A stretch of DNA of 63,500 nucleotides, the filler included. It is 7 parts of 7 records of this genome, joined end to end, with 100 filler letters (N's around TTAATTAATTAA, not from the genome) between each part and the next. Parts side by side here need not be neighbours in the genome. Positions count along the whole stretch, not along the records: positions 1 to 6,463 come from SRR31156797_12811; positions 6,564 to 13,698 come from SRR31156797_12815; 5 more parts are not named here. One strand, 5' to 3'. Of this stretch, positions 1 to 9,066 are shown in pieces. Below the pieces are notes generated by a model that worked only from the letters and a program-made list of their open reading frames with translations, was not told where the DNA came from and did no database searches. Each line of letters begins with the position of its first letter. The stretch's first letter is position 1. The translations under genes were made by a program, and so were the position numbers.

Positions 1-47
1 CGATCCGGAAGACCACATGTTTGATTAAAATCAACAATAAACGAATT

Positions 48-74
48 AAGGGACTGAATTTCAGTCCCTTTTTT
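48..74 (+). terminator. Intrinsic terminator after a gene ending at about position 28 (...DPEDHMFD*)
   Basis: AAGGGACTGAA-t-TTCAGTCCCTT hairpin followed by a T run. Confidence 0.8.
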
Positions 75-175
75 ATTGTTAAAACTTTTTAAGTAAACAA
101 TCTGTATTAACGCCTTTTAAATCTTTTTAAAATTTATTTACGAAACGATGAACTAATTTTGTAGAAAAAATTACC

Positions 176-799
176 ATGAAAAGTTTAGGATTGCTTTTTG
201 CCATTTTATCTTTTTTAATTACGTCTTCATTATTTGCGCAGGATATGAAAAATCAAAAAAATCCTGACGAGCAAATAATTGTAAATAAAAAGTTTGATGA
301 AAATGGAAATATTATTCAGTACGATTCAACATATATTCATCGATGGTCGTCCGACAGTACTTTTCAATTTTTATTTCCCGAAAATGATTTTTTTGCCGGA
401 AATGGATTTCCTGATTTGAACGAATTTTTCAATAATTTTATGTCTGATTCTGCTTTTGAAAGTTTTAATTTTTCACCTTTTGAAAGGGAAGATTTTTTTG
501 AAAATTTCCCACGAAATCTTTCCGATTCTATATTTACAAAAGGTTATCCGTTTATGACCGATTCTGCTTTCCACTTTTTTTATTCTGATAGTTTATTAAA
601 TTTCCCAAAGGGTTCTGTGTTCCCCAACATGGAAGAATTCTTTCAGAATCTTAATCCAAATTCCATTCCGCCCGGATTTAAATTTCAACAATTTAATAAT
701 CAGGAACAGATGGAAGAATGGAGACAACTTATGGAAAAACATCAGATAGAAATGGAACAGTTTAAAAAGAAATGGAAAAAAGAAAATAATGAAGAATAA
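176..799 (+). CDS. Secreted hypothetical protein, Phe-rich, with repeated D-S/T motifs and a C-terminal charged coiled coil
   Basis: Sec signal peptide (MKSLGLLF...SLFA|QD); low-complexity F/N/S/D core; E/K/Q-rich tail. Confidence 0.8.
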   Translation: MKSLGLLFAILSFLITSSLFAQDMKNQKNPDEQIIVNKKFDENGNIIQYDSTYIHRWSSDSTFQFLFPENDFFAGNGFPDLNEFFNNFMSDSAFESFNFSPFEREDFFENFPRNLSDSIFTKGYPFMTDSAFHFFYSDSLLNFPKGSVFPNMEEFFQNLNPNSIPPGFKFQQFNNQEQMEEWRQLMEKHQIEMEQFKKKWKKENNEE

Positions 800-876
800 A
801 TAAAAACGGGACACAAATTGTATCCCGTTCTTTTTGCTATACCAATTAAACAGCCTAAAAATCTAAAAACTTATAG
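800..876 (-). ncRNA. Candidate sRNA A (about 75 nt, no ORF)
   Basis: Minus-strand TAATTTTG (-7 box) at 888-881, U-rich body, terminator hairpin 805-829 that pairs better on the minus strand (G-U instead of C-A). Confidence 0.45.
803..835. terminator. Bidirectional intrinsic terminator
   Basis: AACGGGACAC-aaatt-GTATCCCGTT flanked by A and T runs. Confidence 0.75.
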
Positions 877-908
877 TGTACAAAATTACCAGTTTAATAA
901 AAGTATTT

Positions 909-924
909 TGTGACCTCAGTCACA
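909..924. promoter_or_regulatory. CRP/FNR-family-type palindromic site TGTGA-N6-TCACA
   Basis: TGTGACCTCAGTCACA, exact match to the CRP box geometry. Confidence 0.6.
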
Positions 925-1016
925 CACCAAAAATATTTAATTGAATATATTATTCGCAAATCAGTATTTCGAAATAGTTTATTACTTTTAATCACTAATC
1001 AAAACATAAACCAACT

Positions 1017-1886
1017 ATGAAAAGTATTCTTTTTCTTTTAACTGTCCTCTTTTTGTCTCTTTCACAAATAATTGCTCAGGAAAAAATAAATGTAATCGTT
1101 ATAGGTGCCCATCCCGACGACTGTGACATTGACGCTGGTGGTACAGCCATTCAATTTGCAGAAAATGGTCATAATGTACTTTTTGTGTCGCTTACAAATG
1201 GCGATGCCGGGCATCATGAAAAAGGAGGCGGAGCACTGGCAAAAATAAGGCGGGCAGAAGCTCACGAAGCCGGGAAAAGATTTGGAATAAAATACATTGT
1301 TCTAGATAACCACGACGGAGAGCTGCTTCCAACATTAGATGTCAGGCTGGATGTTATCCGATTAATACGAAACTGGAATGCTGACATTGTAATTGGACCA
1401 CGCCCCAACGACTATCATCCCGATCACAGAAATACAGCCATTTTAATTCAGGATGCAGCGTACATGGTTATTGTACCCAATGTTGCTCCCGACACACCTC
1501 CATTAAAAACAAATCCCGTATTTCTATATACCGCCGACAGATTTCAAAAACCATATCCTTTTGAACCCGACATTACTGTTGATATTACCAATGTATTCGA
1601 CAAAAAAATTTATGCATTATCGGCGCATGAATCTCAACTTTTTGAATGGCTCCCATGGACAAACGGAACCTTGAATGAAGTTCCTGAAATGGAAGAAGAA
1701 AGATTAAAATGGCTGGCCAAATGGAGAAGTCCGGGTATTGACGATAAAACCCGGGAATCTTTAATTAAATGGTATGGACAGGAAAAAGGAAATAAAATGA
1801 AATATGCCGAAGCTTTTGAAATTTGCGAATATGGGAAAAGACCTTCAGACAAAGAGATAAAAAGGTTATTCCCTTTCTATGAATAA
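1017..1886 (+). CDS. PIG-L/LmbE family deacetylase, secreted
   Basis: GAHPDDCD metal motif, LTNGDAG, RRAEA, DYHPDH; signal peptide. Confidence 0.9.
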   Translation: MKSILFLLTVLFLSLSQIIAQEKINVIVIGAHPDDCDIDAGGTAIQFAENGHNVLFVSLTNGDAGHHEKGGGALAKIRRAEAHEAGKRFGIKYIVLDNHDGELLPTLDVRLDVIRLIRNWNADIVIGPRPNDYHPDHRNTAILIQDAAYMVIVPNVAPDTPPLKTNPVFLYTADRFQKPYPFEPDITVDITNVFDKKIYALSAHESQLFEWLPWTNGTLNEVPEMEEERLKWLAKWRSPGIDDKTRESLIKWYGQEKGNKMKYAEAFEICEYGKRPSDKEIKRLFPFYE

Positions 1887-1992
1887 CTGAATAAAATTCA
1901 AAACTAAACAACTTATTTACCTGCTAATAAAAACCTGTATACCATTGACATAGGATTGATTTTTTATTAACTTTAATAGAAAATCCATAGTC

Positions 1993-2760
1993 ATGAAAAA
2001 ATATTATTACCTGGTTCTCACCCCTGAGTCAATCATCGTTTCTCATTTAGCACCTATCGATTTTGGAAATTATTTATCTGTGGGAACAAAAAAACAAATT
2101 CACGGACAAAATATTTTCTTTGAGCTCGATCCTTCAAAGTTGAAAGATTTACCGAAAGATTACATTGAAACCAGATTGGTTCCTTATGAAAACGGAGAGC
2201 CCAAACGTTCTGTTTTTTGTTGCATCTACCGGGCATTGGAAAAAACACCGTTGACCGCATTAAAAAATCTGTATCTATCAACCGACGACGGGAAAGTATT
2301 AGAACTTCAATCTTCTAAATACACAGAAATAGAATCGGACGAAACACACCTCTACCAACAATTTTGTCCTATTACAACCCGGGTTGTCAGTAAACTTTTA
2401 CCAAATGAATTTATCCAGTTTTTAACCGATTTTAAAAAGCCTGTTTCTACACCAAAGTTATTTTTTGCCGAGTTAAAACTAAACGAACTGGCAAATGACC
2501 CAAAAGCCCCCCTTAATAATTTACCATATTCAAATCCCGACCATTTGCGCGAATGTCTTATAAAACTAAATGAAACAAAAGGTAAATTAACTAAAACAGT
2601 ATTACGCTTTTTACAGGGAGATATTAATTACAGAACCATTAAAAACGGTTTTTTTGTAGGGGAAATTGACAGGTATCTGTATTATCCTTTTCCATCATCA
2701 GAAGAACTGGAAACAAAATATTTTGGTTGGTGGAGATCTGCTTTAACACAACATTTCTAA
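1993..2760 (+). CDS. Conserved-looking hypothetical cytoplasmic protein with an apparent internal duplication
   Basis: 255-aa ORF; halves resemble each other (YLVLTPESIIVSHLAPIDFGNYL vs LYQQFCPITTRVVSKLLPNEFIQFL). Confidence 0.75.
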   Translation: MKKYYYLVLTPESIIVSHLAPIDFGNYLSVGTKKQIHGQNIFFELDPSKLKDLPKDYIETRLVPYENGEPKRSVFCCIYRALEKTPLTALKNLYLSTDDGKVLELQSSKYTEIESDETHLYQQFCPITTRVVSKLLPNEFIQFLTDFKKPVSTPKLFFAELKLNELANDPKAPLNNLPYSNPDHLRECLIKLNETKGKLTKTVLRFLQGDINYRTIKNGFFVGEIDRYLYYPFPSSEELETKYFGWWRSALTQHF

Positions 2761-2779
2761 AAATTAAACGAATAGAAGG

Positions 2780-2804
2780 ACCGGGAATCTTCCCGGTTTT
2801 TTTT
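2780..2804 (+). terminator. Intrinsic terminator
   Basis: ACCGGGAA-tc-TTCCCGGT followed by T run. Confidence 0.7.
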
Positions 2805-2832
2805 GTTAATTTAGTATTTAAATTCATTTGTT

Positions 2833-3933
2833 ATGAAAGCTTTTGGAACACTTTTTATATTCATTGTTTTTGTTGTTTTCTTTTCCTGTAATAAAAAGGA
2901 GCAACAAACAGAAGAAGAACCGTCGATAACACTAGAAATTGGAGGTGATTTTTCTATTATGAAAAAAATGGAAGATTTAGGCGGAGTTTATAAAATTAAC
3001 GGAGTTGAAAAAGAAGGATTACAAATTTTCAAAGAAAACGGATATACATGGGCACGGCTTCGTATTTTTAACACTCCTAATTTGGAAGGCCCTGTTTGCA
3101 ACAATCTGGAATATACTGTCCAACTGGCACAAAAAGCCACACAATTCGGATTTAAAATTCTTTTAAATTTTCATTATTCTGATACCTGGGCCGATCCCGG
3201 CCACCAAATTGTTCCTTCGGCATGGGAAAACCTGGAACTTACAACCTTATCCGACAGTGTATATAACTATACAAAAAGGGTAATCGAAACTATGGGGAAT
3301 GCAGGTGTTTTACCTGAAATGGTGCAGGTAGGAAACGAAATAAACAACGGATTGATTTGGCCCGTTGGCAAACTTTGGCCCGATGAAGGAGGTGCAAACT
3401 GGGAAAATGTAACCACTCTGTTAAAGGCCGGAATAAGAGGTGTAAAAGAGGCCAGTAACGGGATAAATATCCCCATAATGATTCATGCAGCAACCGGAGG
3501 AAACCTGGAAGAATCGAATACCTTTTATTCTAACATTTTACAAAGAGGAGTTAATTTTGATATAATCGGATTAAGTTATTATCCATGGTGGCATGGTACT
3601 TTTGAGCAGTTAGAAGAAAATATTACTTTTCTTTCTGAAAATTTTAACCAGGACTTAGTTTTGGTTGAAACAGCTTACTATTCAAATGGCTGGTACCCCG
3701 AACCTGATGAATGGATTTTAAATGTTAAACCATTTCCTCCTACCGAACAGGGACAATTCGATTTTATGGTAAAATTGGCAGAAATCCTTCAAAAATACCC
3801 AAAAATGAAAGCCGTTTATTACTGGAAACCTGACGGATTATATATTCCTGAATCGAATGTAAATTACCTGGGAAGAAGCTTATTTAGCGAAGAAGGCGAT
3901 GCTTTTAAAGGAATCTCTGCCTGGGATTTTTAA
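2833..3933 (+). CDS. Glycoside hydrolase family 53 (endo-beta-1,4-galactanase), lipoprotein
   Basis: FHYSDTWADPGHQ, VQVGNEI (acid/base), GLSYYPWWHG, VETAY (nucleophile); lipobox FFSC. Confidence 0.92.
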   Translation: MKAFGTLFIFIVFVVFFSCNKKEQQTEEEPSITLEIGGDFSIMKKMEDLGGVYKINGVEKEGLQIFKENGYTWARLRIFNTPNLEGPVCNNLEYTVQLAQKATQFGFKILLNFHYSDTWADPGHQIVPSAWENLELTTLSDSVYNYTKRVIETMGNAGVLPEMVQVGNEINNGLIWPVGKLWPDEGGANWENVTTLLKAGIRGVKEASNGINIPIMIHAATGGNLEESNTFYSNILQRGVNFDIIGLSYYPWWHGTFEQLEENITFLSENFNQDLVLVETAYYSNGWYPEPDEWILNVKPFPPTEQGQFDFMVKLAEILQKYPKMKAVYYWKPDGLYIPESNVNYLGRSLFSEEGDAFKGISAWDF

Positions 3934-4193
3934 TTGATCCTGATTTTAAATTAACTTGGCTGGTTATATCTGGTGTAATCCTTTCTAACTTTAAATGTCG
4001 GGTAATTATTTTCATATACATTAATACTAAAGTAATTAAAACAAACATCCCTGTTTTTACGTTTCAAAAATAGATTAAACAAAAATTAGAAATTTATATT
4101 TAAGAATTATCACTCCAAATTTATACGAGATTAACACAAAATTATTTATTATAATATTTGTGCATTCTTAGAGCTCCGTTAACAATTAAACTA

Positions 4194-6278
4194 ATGAACA
4201 GAAACCTTTTACATATTACTTTATTTATTTTACTATTTAACTGCTCAAATATTACAGGACAGAACCAAATCAATCAAAATGAACAGATTGTAGTTTCACA
4301 AGATTCGACTGAATTATCTGGAAGGATAGATGAAATTACAGTAACTGCTTTTCGCACTCCATACAATTTGCTAAATACGCCGGCTCCGGTAAATTTAATT
4401 TCGCCTTTCGAACTGGAAACCGGTCGGGCAATTACACCTGTTGAGGCATTAAATCAGGTTCCCGGAATTTTAATGCATCATGGAACATTTAATACAAACC
4501 GGCTAACCATCCGTGGAATTGGTTCAAGAACTCCGTATGCCACCAATAAAATAAAAGCATATTTTGGTGAAATTCCACTTACTACAGGAGATGGTGAAAC
4601 CACACTGGAAGATCTTGAAAACTCAGCAATCAAACGTGTTGAAATTATTAAAGGGCCTTCATCAAGTTTGTTTGGCGGCGGATTAGGCGGTGTAATTCTT
4701 TTTCATCCGAAAACCGTATTAAAAAACTTTGCTCAAAATCAAACTACCATTGCTTCTTTCGGAACAATAAAAAATACCATTTCGGCAGGAATAATTAAAA
4801 ATAAACTAAATATTTATGCTCTTGGTTCGGTTTTAAAAAGCGATGGTTTCAGGGAGAATAATACAACCAACAGAAATAATTTTCTGCTTCATTCGCAATA
4901 TTCCTTTTCGCAAAATGTCAATCTTCAGGTTTTGATAAAAGCTACTAAAATGAAAGCTTTTATACCCAGTTCTCTCGATTTGAAAACGTTTGAAGAAACA
5001 CCTGAACAAGCAGCTTCGAACTGGAAAAACAGTAATGGATATGAAGAATACCTAACCGGGCAATTTGGTATTTCATTAAATATTTTCACCGAAAGAAATG
5101 AAAAAATTTCATTTGCTGGTTTTGGAAATTTCAGAAATGCCGATGAGTTACGTCCATTTAATAAACTCGAAGAAGCTTCGAATTATCTTGGCTGGCGTGG
5201 TTACATTCAAAAAGCGGTATCGGGCGAAAATTTTTCCCTGACTTTTACTTCGGGACTTGAATTTTTTCGTGAAAACTACAATTGGGTAACATATTCAAAT
5301 GAATTAACCGATGAACTGCTTTCTGACAACGGGGAAAAACGTTCGTATGAAAATCTGTTTTTTCAAATGGAATCAGGTTTTTTTGAAAGGCTTTTTGTTT
5401 CGGCTGGAATTAATGGAAATCTAACGCGTTTTGATTATACCGATGAATATATTTCCAACGGAGATCAATCGGGTAAACATTCTTATAAACCGGTATTGTC
5501 GCCACGAATTGGAATGAATTTTTTAATTACACCACAAATTTCGGTTTTTGGAAATATTAGCCATGGATTTTCAACTCCTACATTTGAAGAAACCTTATTG
5601 CCGGAAGGAGTAATTAATCCGGACATAAAACCGGAAAACGGATGGAATTATGAAACAGGATTCAGAACTATGCTTTCCGATCAATTGCAGGCTTCTATAA
5701 GTTATTATCGGATTATTATTCGCGATTTACTGGTTGCACGGAGAACAGGCGAAGATGCATACATTGGTGTAAATGCGGGTGAATCTGTTCATCCGGGAAT
5801 AGAAACAGAAATAAAATGGTCGGTTTTGCCTGTCGGATCATTTCCAAATTTTACACTTCGCGGAAATGCAACTTTTGCCAACTATCGTTTCACCGATTTT
5901 GTTGATGAAGGAATTGATTATGCTGGAAAAAATCTACCGGGCACCTCAAAAAACAACTGGTTAATAAATGGAAATTTCAGCCCTACAAAAAATTTCAACC
6001 TTAATTTTTGGTATCGGCATACCGGTGAAATGCCTGTAAACGATGCCAATTCTGTGTATACAAAAGCATATGGAATAACCAATGCAGATTTAAAATATAC
6101 GGGTAAGATAAAAAATGTACGTTTTGAATTGAAGGGAGGGATACAGAATTTATTCGACATAAAATATGCCGGAATGATAGCAGTAAATGCTCCTTCTTTT
6201 GGCGGCAACCTGCCTCGCTATTATTATCCGGGAAATCCCAGAAATTACTATGTTTCGGTGCTTATTCGATTAGAATAA
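4194..6278 (+). CDS. TonB-dependent receptor (plug + beta-barrel); likely start at ATG 4194
   Basis: EITVTAFR TonB box, LTIRGIGSR, VEIIKGPSSSLFGGG plug, C-terminal YYPGNPRNYYV. Confidence 0.9.
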   Translation: MNRNLLHITLFILLFNCSNITGQNQINQNEQIVVSQDSTELSGRIDEITVTAFRTPYNLLNTPAPVNLISPFELETGRAITPVEALNQVPGILMHHGTFNTNRLTIRGIGSRTPYATNKIKAYFGEIPLTTGDGETTLEDLENSAIKRVEIIKGPSSSLFGGGLGGVILFHPKTVLKNFAQNQTTIASFGTIKNTISAGIIKNKLNIYALGSVLKSDGFRENNTTNRNNFLLHSQYSFSQNVNLQVLIKATKMKAFIPSSLDLKTFEETPEQAASNWKNSNGYEEYLTGQFGISLNIFTERNEKISFAGFGNFRNADELRPFNKLEEASNYLGWRGYIQKAVSGENFSLTFTSGLEFFRENYNWVTYSNELTDELLSDNGEKRSYENLFFQMESGFFERLFVSAGINGNLTRFDYTDEYISNGDQSGKHSYKPVLSPRIGMNFLITPQISVFGNISHGFSTPTFEETLLPEGVINPDIKPENGWNYETGFRTMLSDQLQASISYYRIIIRDLLVARRTGEDAYIGVNAGESVHPGIETEIKWSVLPVGSFPNFTLRGNATFANYRFTDFVDEGIDYAGKNLPGTSKNNWLINGNFSPTKNFNLNFWYRHTGEMPVNDANSVYTKAYGITNADLKYTGKIKNVRFELKGGIQNLFDIKYAGMIAVNAPSFGGNLPRYYYPGNPRNYYVSVLIRLE

Positions 6279-6315
6279 ATTAAAAATAATATACGATGAG
6301 ATTTTAATCTGAATT

Positions 6316-6462
6316 CTATTCAGGATAACCGGTTATTTCTTTAATTTCTTTATAAAGAGGCTCCAGCTTTTTATACATTTTCCGATACACATTTTTATAT
6401 AAACGAGCATAAATTTCTACATGACTTTCATTAGGGTGAAATTCATTTTTATAATGTACCAT
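6316..6462 (-). CDS. C-terminal fragment of a probable FGGY-family carbohydrate kinase (truncated by contig end)
   Basis: Translates MVHYKNEFHPNESHVEIYARLYKNVYRKMYKKLEPLYKEIKEITGYPE*, resembling FGGY C-termini. Confidence 0.65.
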   Translation of the reverse strand: MVHYKNEFHPNESHVEIYARLYKNVYRKMYKKLEPLYKEIKEITGYPE

Positions 6463-6463
6463 T

Positions 6464-6563
6464 NNNNNNNNNNNNNNNNNNNNNNNNNNNNNNNNNNNNN
6501 NNNNNNNTTAATTAATTAANNNNNNNNNNNNNNNNNNNNNNNNNNNNNNNNNNNNNNNNNNNN
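6464..6563. other. Artificial contig-joining spacer (Ns + TTAATTAATTAA)
   Basis: 100-nt N block containing the all-frame stop linker; composition changes across it. Confidence 0.98.
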
Positions 6564-6674
6564 GGTCAAGGAAGAAGCGAAAAGACAACCGGAGTAATAT
6601 TATAAATATTTTGAGGATTGGCTTTTCGATTCTGACGCTGAGATTGGGCTATAGAATTATTTTGGGATGGCTTG
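6564..6674. repeat. Imperfect-palindrome intergenic element at contig start (possible MITE/REP-like repeat)
   Basis: CGAAAAGACAA...TTGGCTTTTCG arms around an AT-rich core; contig begins inside it. Confidence 0.4.
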
Positions 6675-6694
6675 TCATGAAGTTGGCGAGAAAA

Positions 6695-7339
6695 CTAAAG
6701 GTCGGCGGAAGTGATTCCTTCCCGGATTGCGAATTTTGTCAGTTCCGGAAGGGTTTTTAAATTTAATTTATTCATGATGTTCCGGCGATGGGTTTCCACT
6801 GTCGACAGGCTGACCGTCAGGCTGGAGGCGATTTCCTTGGTGTTTTTACCTTCCGTCAATAGTTGCAGAACTTCTCTTTCACGCGGGCTCAGAACGGCTG
6901 CCGGAGACGGTCCATGTGTAGAAGGGTTGGAAAACCGTTCCAGGACGATTGAAGCCACGGAAGGAGATATATAGGCCTTGTTGTTGCGAATGCAGTCCAG
7001 GGCCGAGGCCAGTTCTTCAAATGCGGAATTCTTTAACACGTAGCCAACCGCGCCTGCCTGAATCATTTCTTCTACAACCCGGCGGGTGGAGTGCATGGAC
7101 AGGGCGATGACTTTGGTATTTGGGTGTTCGGATACTATCTGCCGCGTGGCTTCCACACCGTTGAGCTCCGGCATGGCCACATCCATTATAATGACGTCGG
7201 GACAGATTTTTCTGGCCAGTTTGACAATATCCCGGCCGTTATCTGCTTCACCGGCTATTTCGACGCCCGGCATATCCTTGAGCAGGGCTTTGAGACCTTC
7301 ACGCACCATAACATGATCGTCGCCTAGAATAATCTTCAA
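6695..7339 (-). CDS. NarL/FixJ-family response regulator (REC + LuxR HTH)
   Basis: GDDH, IMDVAMP, LSPREREVLQL...TVETHRRNIMNKL. Confidence 0.95.
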   Translation of the reverse strand: MKIILGDDHVMVREGLKALLKDMPGVEIAGEADNGRDIVKLARKICPDVIIMDVAMPELNGVEATRQIVSEHPNTKVIALSMHSTRRVVEEMIQAGAVGYVLKNSAFEELASALDCIRNNKAYISPSVASIVLERFSNPSTHGPSPAAVLSPREREVLQLLTEGKNTKEIASSLTVSLSTVETHRRNIMNKLNLKTLPELTKFAIREGITSADL

Positions 7340-7599
7340 AACCGTATCTCCCTGTTTCCCGATTCAACGTCCTTTTGAATGGTTCATTCATCAACCCGGT
7401 GATAATATAAATATATTCTAAACAACACTAGCGGGTAACAGTCAAGAAATTTGTGACAAAATGAAAAGAAAGAAAAAACGGGAGTGACAGGTCTTATCAT
7501 CAGAAGGATTAACGGCCCGGGCGAGTTGGGCCCGGCGCCCCGCCCGATGCCATTGGCGGGGGCCGGTATCAATATGACGGCTTGTTTTAGCAGAGGCGA

Positions 7600-8085
7600 C
7601 TATAGGGTCCAGGTTCCATAAAAATATTTTTCCAATATGCCGCCGGCTTCTTCTTCAGCCCATTTTTCTAATCCAAGTTTTTTTATGAGACAGAGATGAT
7701 ACACTTTGGTGTTGTGCCATTTTTCAGCTTGATCCCGGTAGGGATGCAGGTACTCGCAGGGGAGATTGTCGCATTCGGCGCAAGTGTTCATACCTGCTTC
7801 TTGGGTGCATTTATAAACCCGGCATTCCATGGGCAGATGCGCGGGAGCGCCGTTTTCATCCCTGCAGCCCTTGCATTTGATCTGTTCGGGGTCGAGGTTG
7901 AAAACTCCGGCGATTTTCTCAGCCAGTTGGTCGTCGAATTGCGCCAGGTAGGGGGGGCATTCAAAACAGGGCAGGCCGCAGGGGGCGGTCATGCGGCTGT
8001 AGTCTGTGACTTCACTTTTTCTACTTTCTTTTACTTTTTTCCCAAGTTCCCAAATTTCCTCAAAAATTTCCATGGTCATGATCAT
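7600..8085 (-). CDS. DUF3795-like Cys-rich (Fe-S/Zn) protein
   Basis: APCGLPCFEC, CKGCR, CRVYKC, TCAECDNLPC pattern. Confidence 0.8.
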   Translation of the reverse strand: MIMTMEIFEEIWELGKKVKESRKSEVTDYSRMTAPCGLPCFECPPYLAQFDDQLAEKIAGVFNLDPEQIKCKGCRDENGAPAHLPMECRVYKCTQEAGMNTCAECDNLPCEYLHPYRDQAEKWHNTKVYHLCLIKKLGLEKWAEEEAGGILEKYFYGTWTL

Positions 8086-8149
8086 GCCTCCATGACTTGT
8101 GAATATTTATTGTTAAGTTGAAACGCTACGCCTAAAAGCTTAATTACTC

Positions 8150-8410
8150 CTAAATTTTGCGCCCCCAAAACCTTTCTTTGGACCGGCGGAATTTAGGGCA
8201 AATGTTCCTGTTGTGGCTGGAGGATGAAGAACACCATAGGTTACAGCCGTAATCTTTCCTGTCGTTGAAAACCCTGTTATGGCATGCAGGGCAGGTTCGA
8301 TCAATTTCATCCTTGAAGAATTCCACCGGATGTCCGCATTCGGGGCATATGACGTCGAAAATGGCGTCAAATCCCCATTCTTCAGTGTTTCCGCCTGTGC
8401 ATTTCCTCAT
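8150..8410 (-). CDS. Small Cys-rich zinc-ribbon-like protein
   Basis: CPECGHPVEFFKDE...CPACH...GCNLWC; start overlaps the marR stop (translational coupling). Confidence 0.75.
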   Translation of the reverse strand: MRKCTGGNTEEWGFDAIFDVICPECGHPVEFFKDEIDRTCPACHNRVFNDRKDYGCNLWCSSSSSHNRNICPKFRRSKERFWGRKI

Positions 8411-8892
8411 TTTTCTCTTCCTTGCACGTTTTTAAATAACTTTTGAAATTTTTTCAGAGATCTGGCCGCCTGTTTTATGTCCTGCGGAACCAGGGCCGCT
8501 GTCAGAGCGGAACTCCAGGCCTGAAAAGCTCCAATACAGTTTTTCCATACTTTTTCACCGTGTTCGGTTTCCAAAAGCAGTGTGACCCGTCGATCTGAAG
8601 GATGGCCGGTAACCGTGATAAATCCCTTTTTTTGTAGAATCTGAACAATTTTGGAGACATTGGATTTTTCAAAAAGAAGCTCTTCAACCAGTTCTTTTTG
8701 GCTGATCGGGCCTCGGGAAACGATTTCATTTAGAACAATGAACTGTTGATGTTTGATTCCGTGTTCTTCAAAGACGCGGTTGCCTTCGCGCTGGAGAAAG
8801 ACGCCGTACTTCAACAGCATCTGGATGACGTCGGTCGCGCTGTTAAGTTCAGGGGAGCGGGTTTGGTCATCTTTTTGATCGGTTATGGTCAT
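8407..8892 (-). CDS. MarR-family transcriptional regulator
   Basis: QQFIVL...ISQKEL...KSNVSKIV...L..KGFI...SDRRVTLLLET.G winged helix. Confidence 0.9.
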   Translation of the reverse strand: MTITDQKDDQTRSPELNSATDVIQMLLKYGVFLQREGNRVFEEHGIKHQQFIVLNEIVSRGPISQKELVEELLFEKSNVSKIVQILQKKGFITVTGHPSDRRVTLLLETEHGEKVWKNCIGAFQAWSSALTAALVPQDIKQAARSLKKFQKLFKNVQGREK

Positions 8893-8916
8893 TGCGGATC
8901 ACTTCTTTTTTAAAAA

Positions 8917-8964
8917 GGTTTCCATGTCAACTAAGTGTAGTGAAAAATAGTTTCCGTGTCAACT
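8917..8964. promoter_or_regulatory. Two putative MarR operators
   Basis: GGTTTCCATGTCAACT (8917-8932) and AGTTTCCGTGTCAACT (8949-8964): near-identical imperfect palindromes 32 bp apart, overlapping the promoter. Confidence 0.65.
8934..8962 (-). promoter_or_regulatory. Sigma70 promoter of the marR operon
   Basis: Minus strand TTGACA (8962-8957), 17-nt spacer, TACACT (8939-8934). Confidence 0.75.
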
Positions 8965-9066
8965 TAATTTTATGAGAAATGGTTTTTATACTGTGTAAGA
9001 ACGGCCAATTGTGCCATAATGCGAGAAATCCAGGAAAGTTACGTTAAAGAGCAAGGAGGCGCTGTT

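Noticed and set aside
7515-7567. GC-rich hairpins downstream of the DUF3795 gene
   Set aside because: Compatible with a terminator or stability stem; no riboswitch or SECIS features, and no in-frame UGA in the adjacent Cys-rich ORFs.
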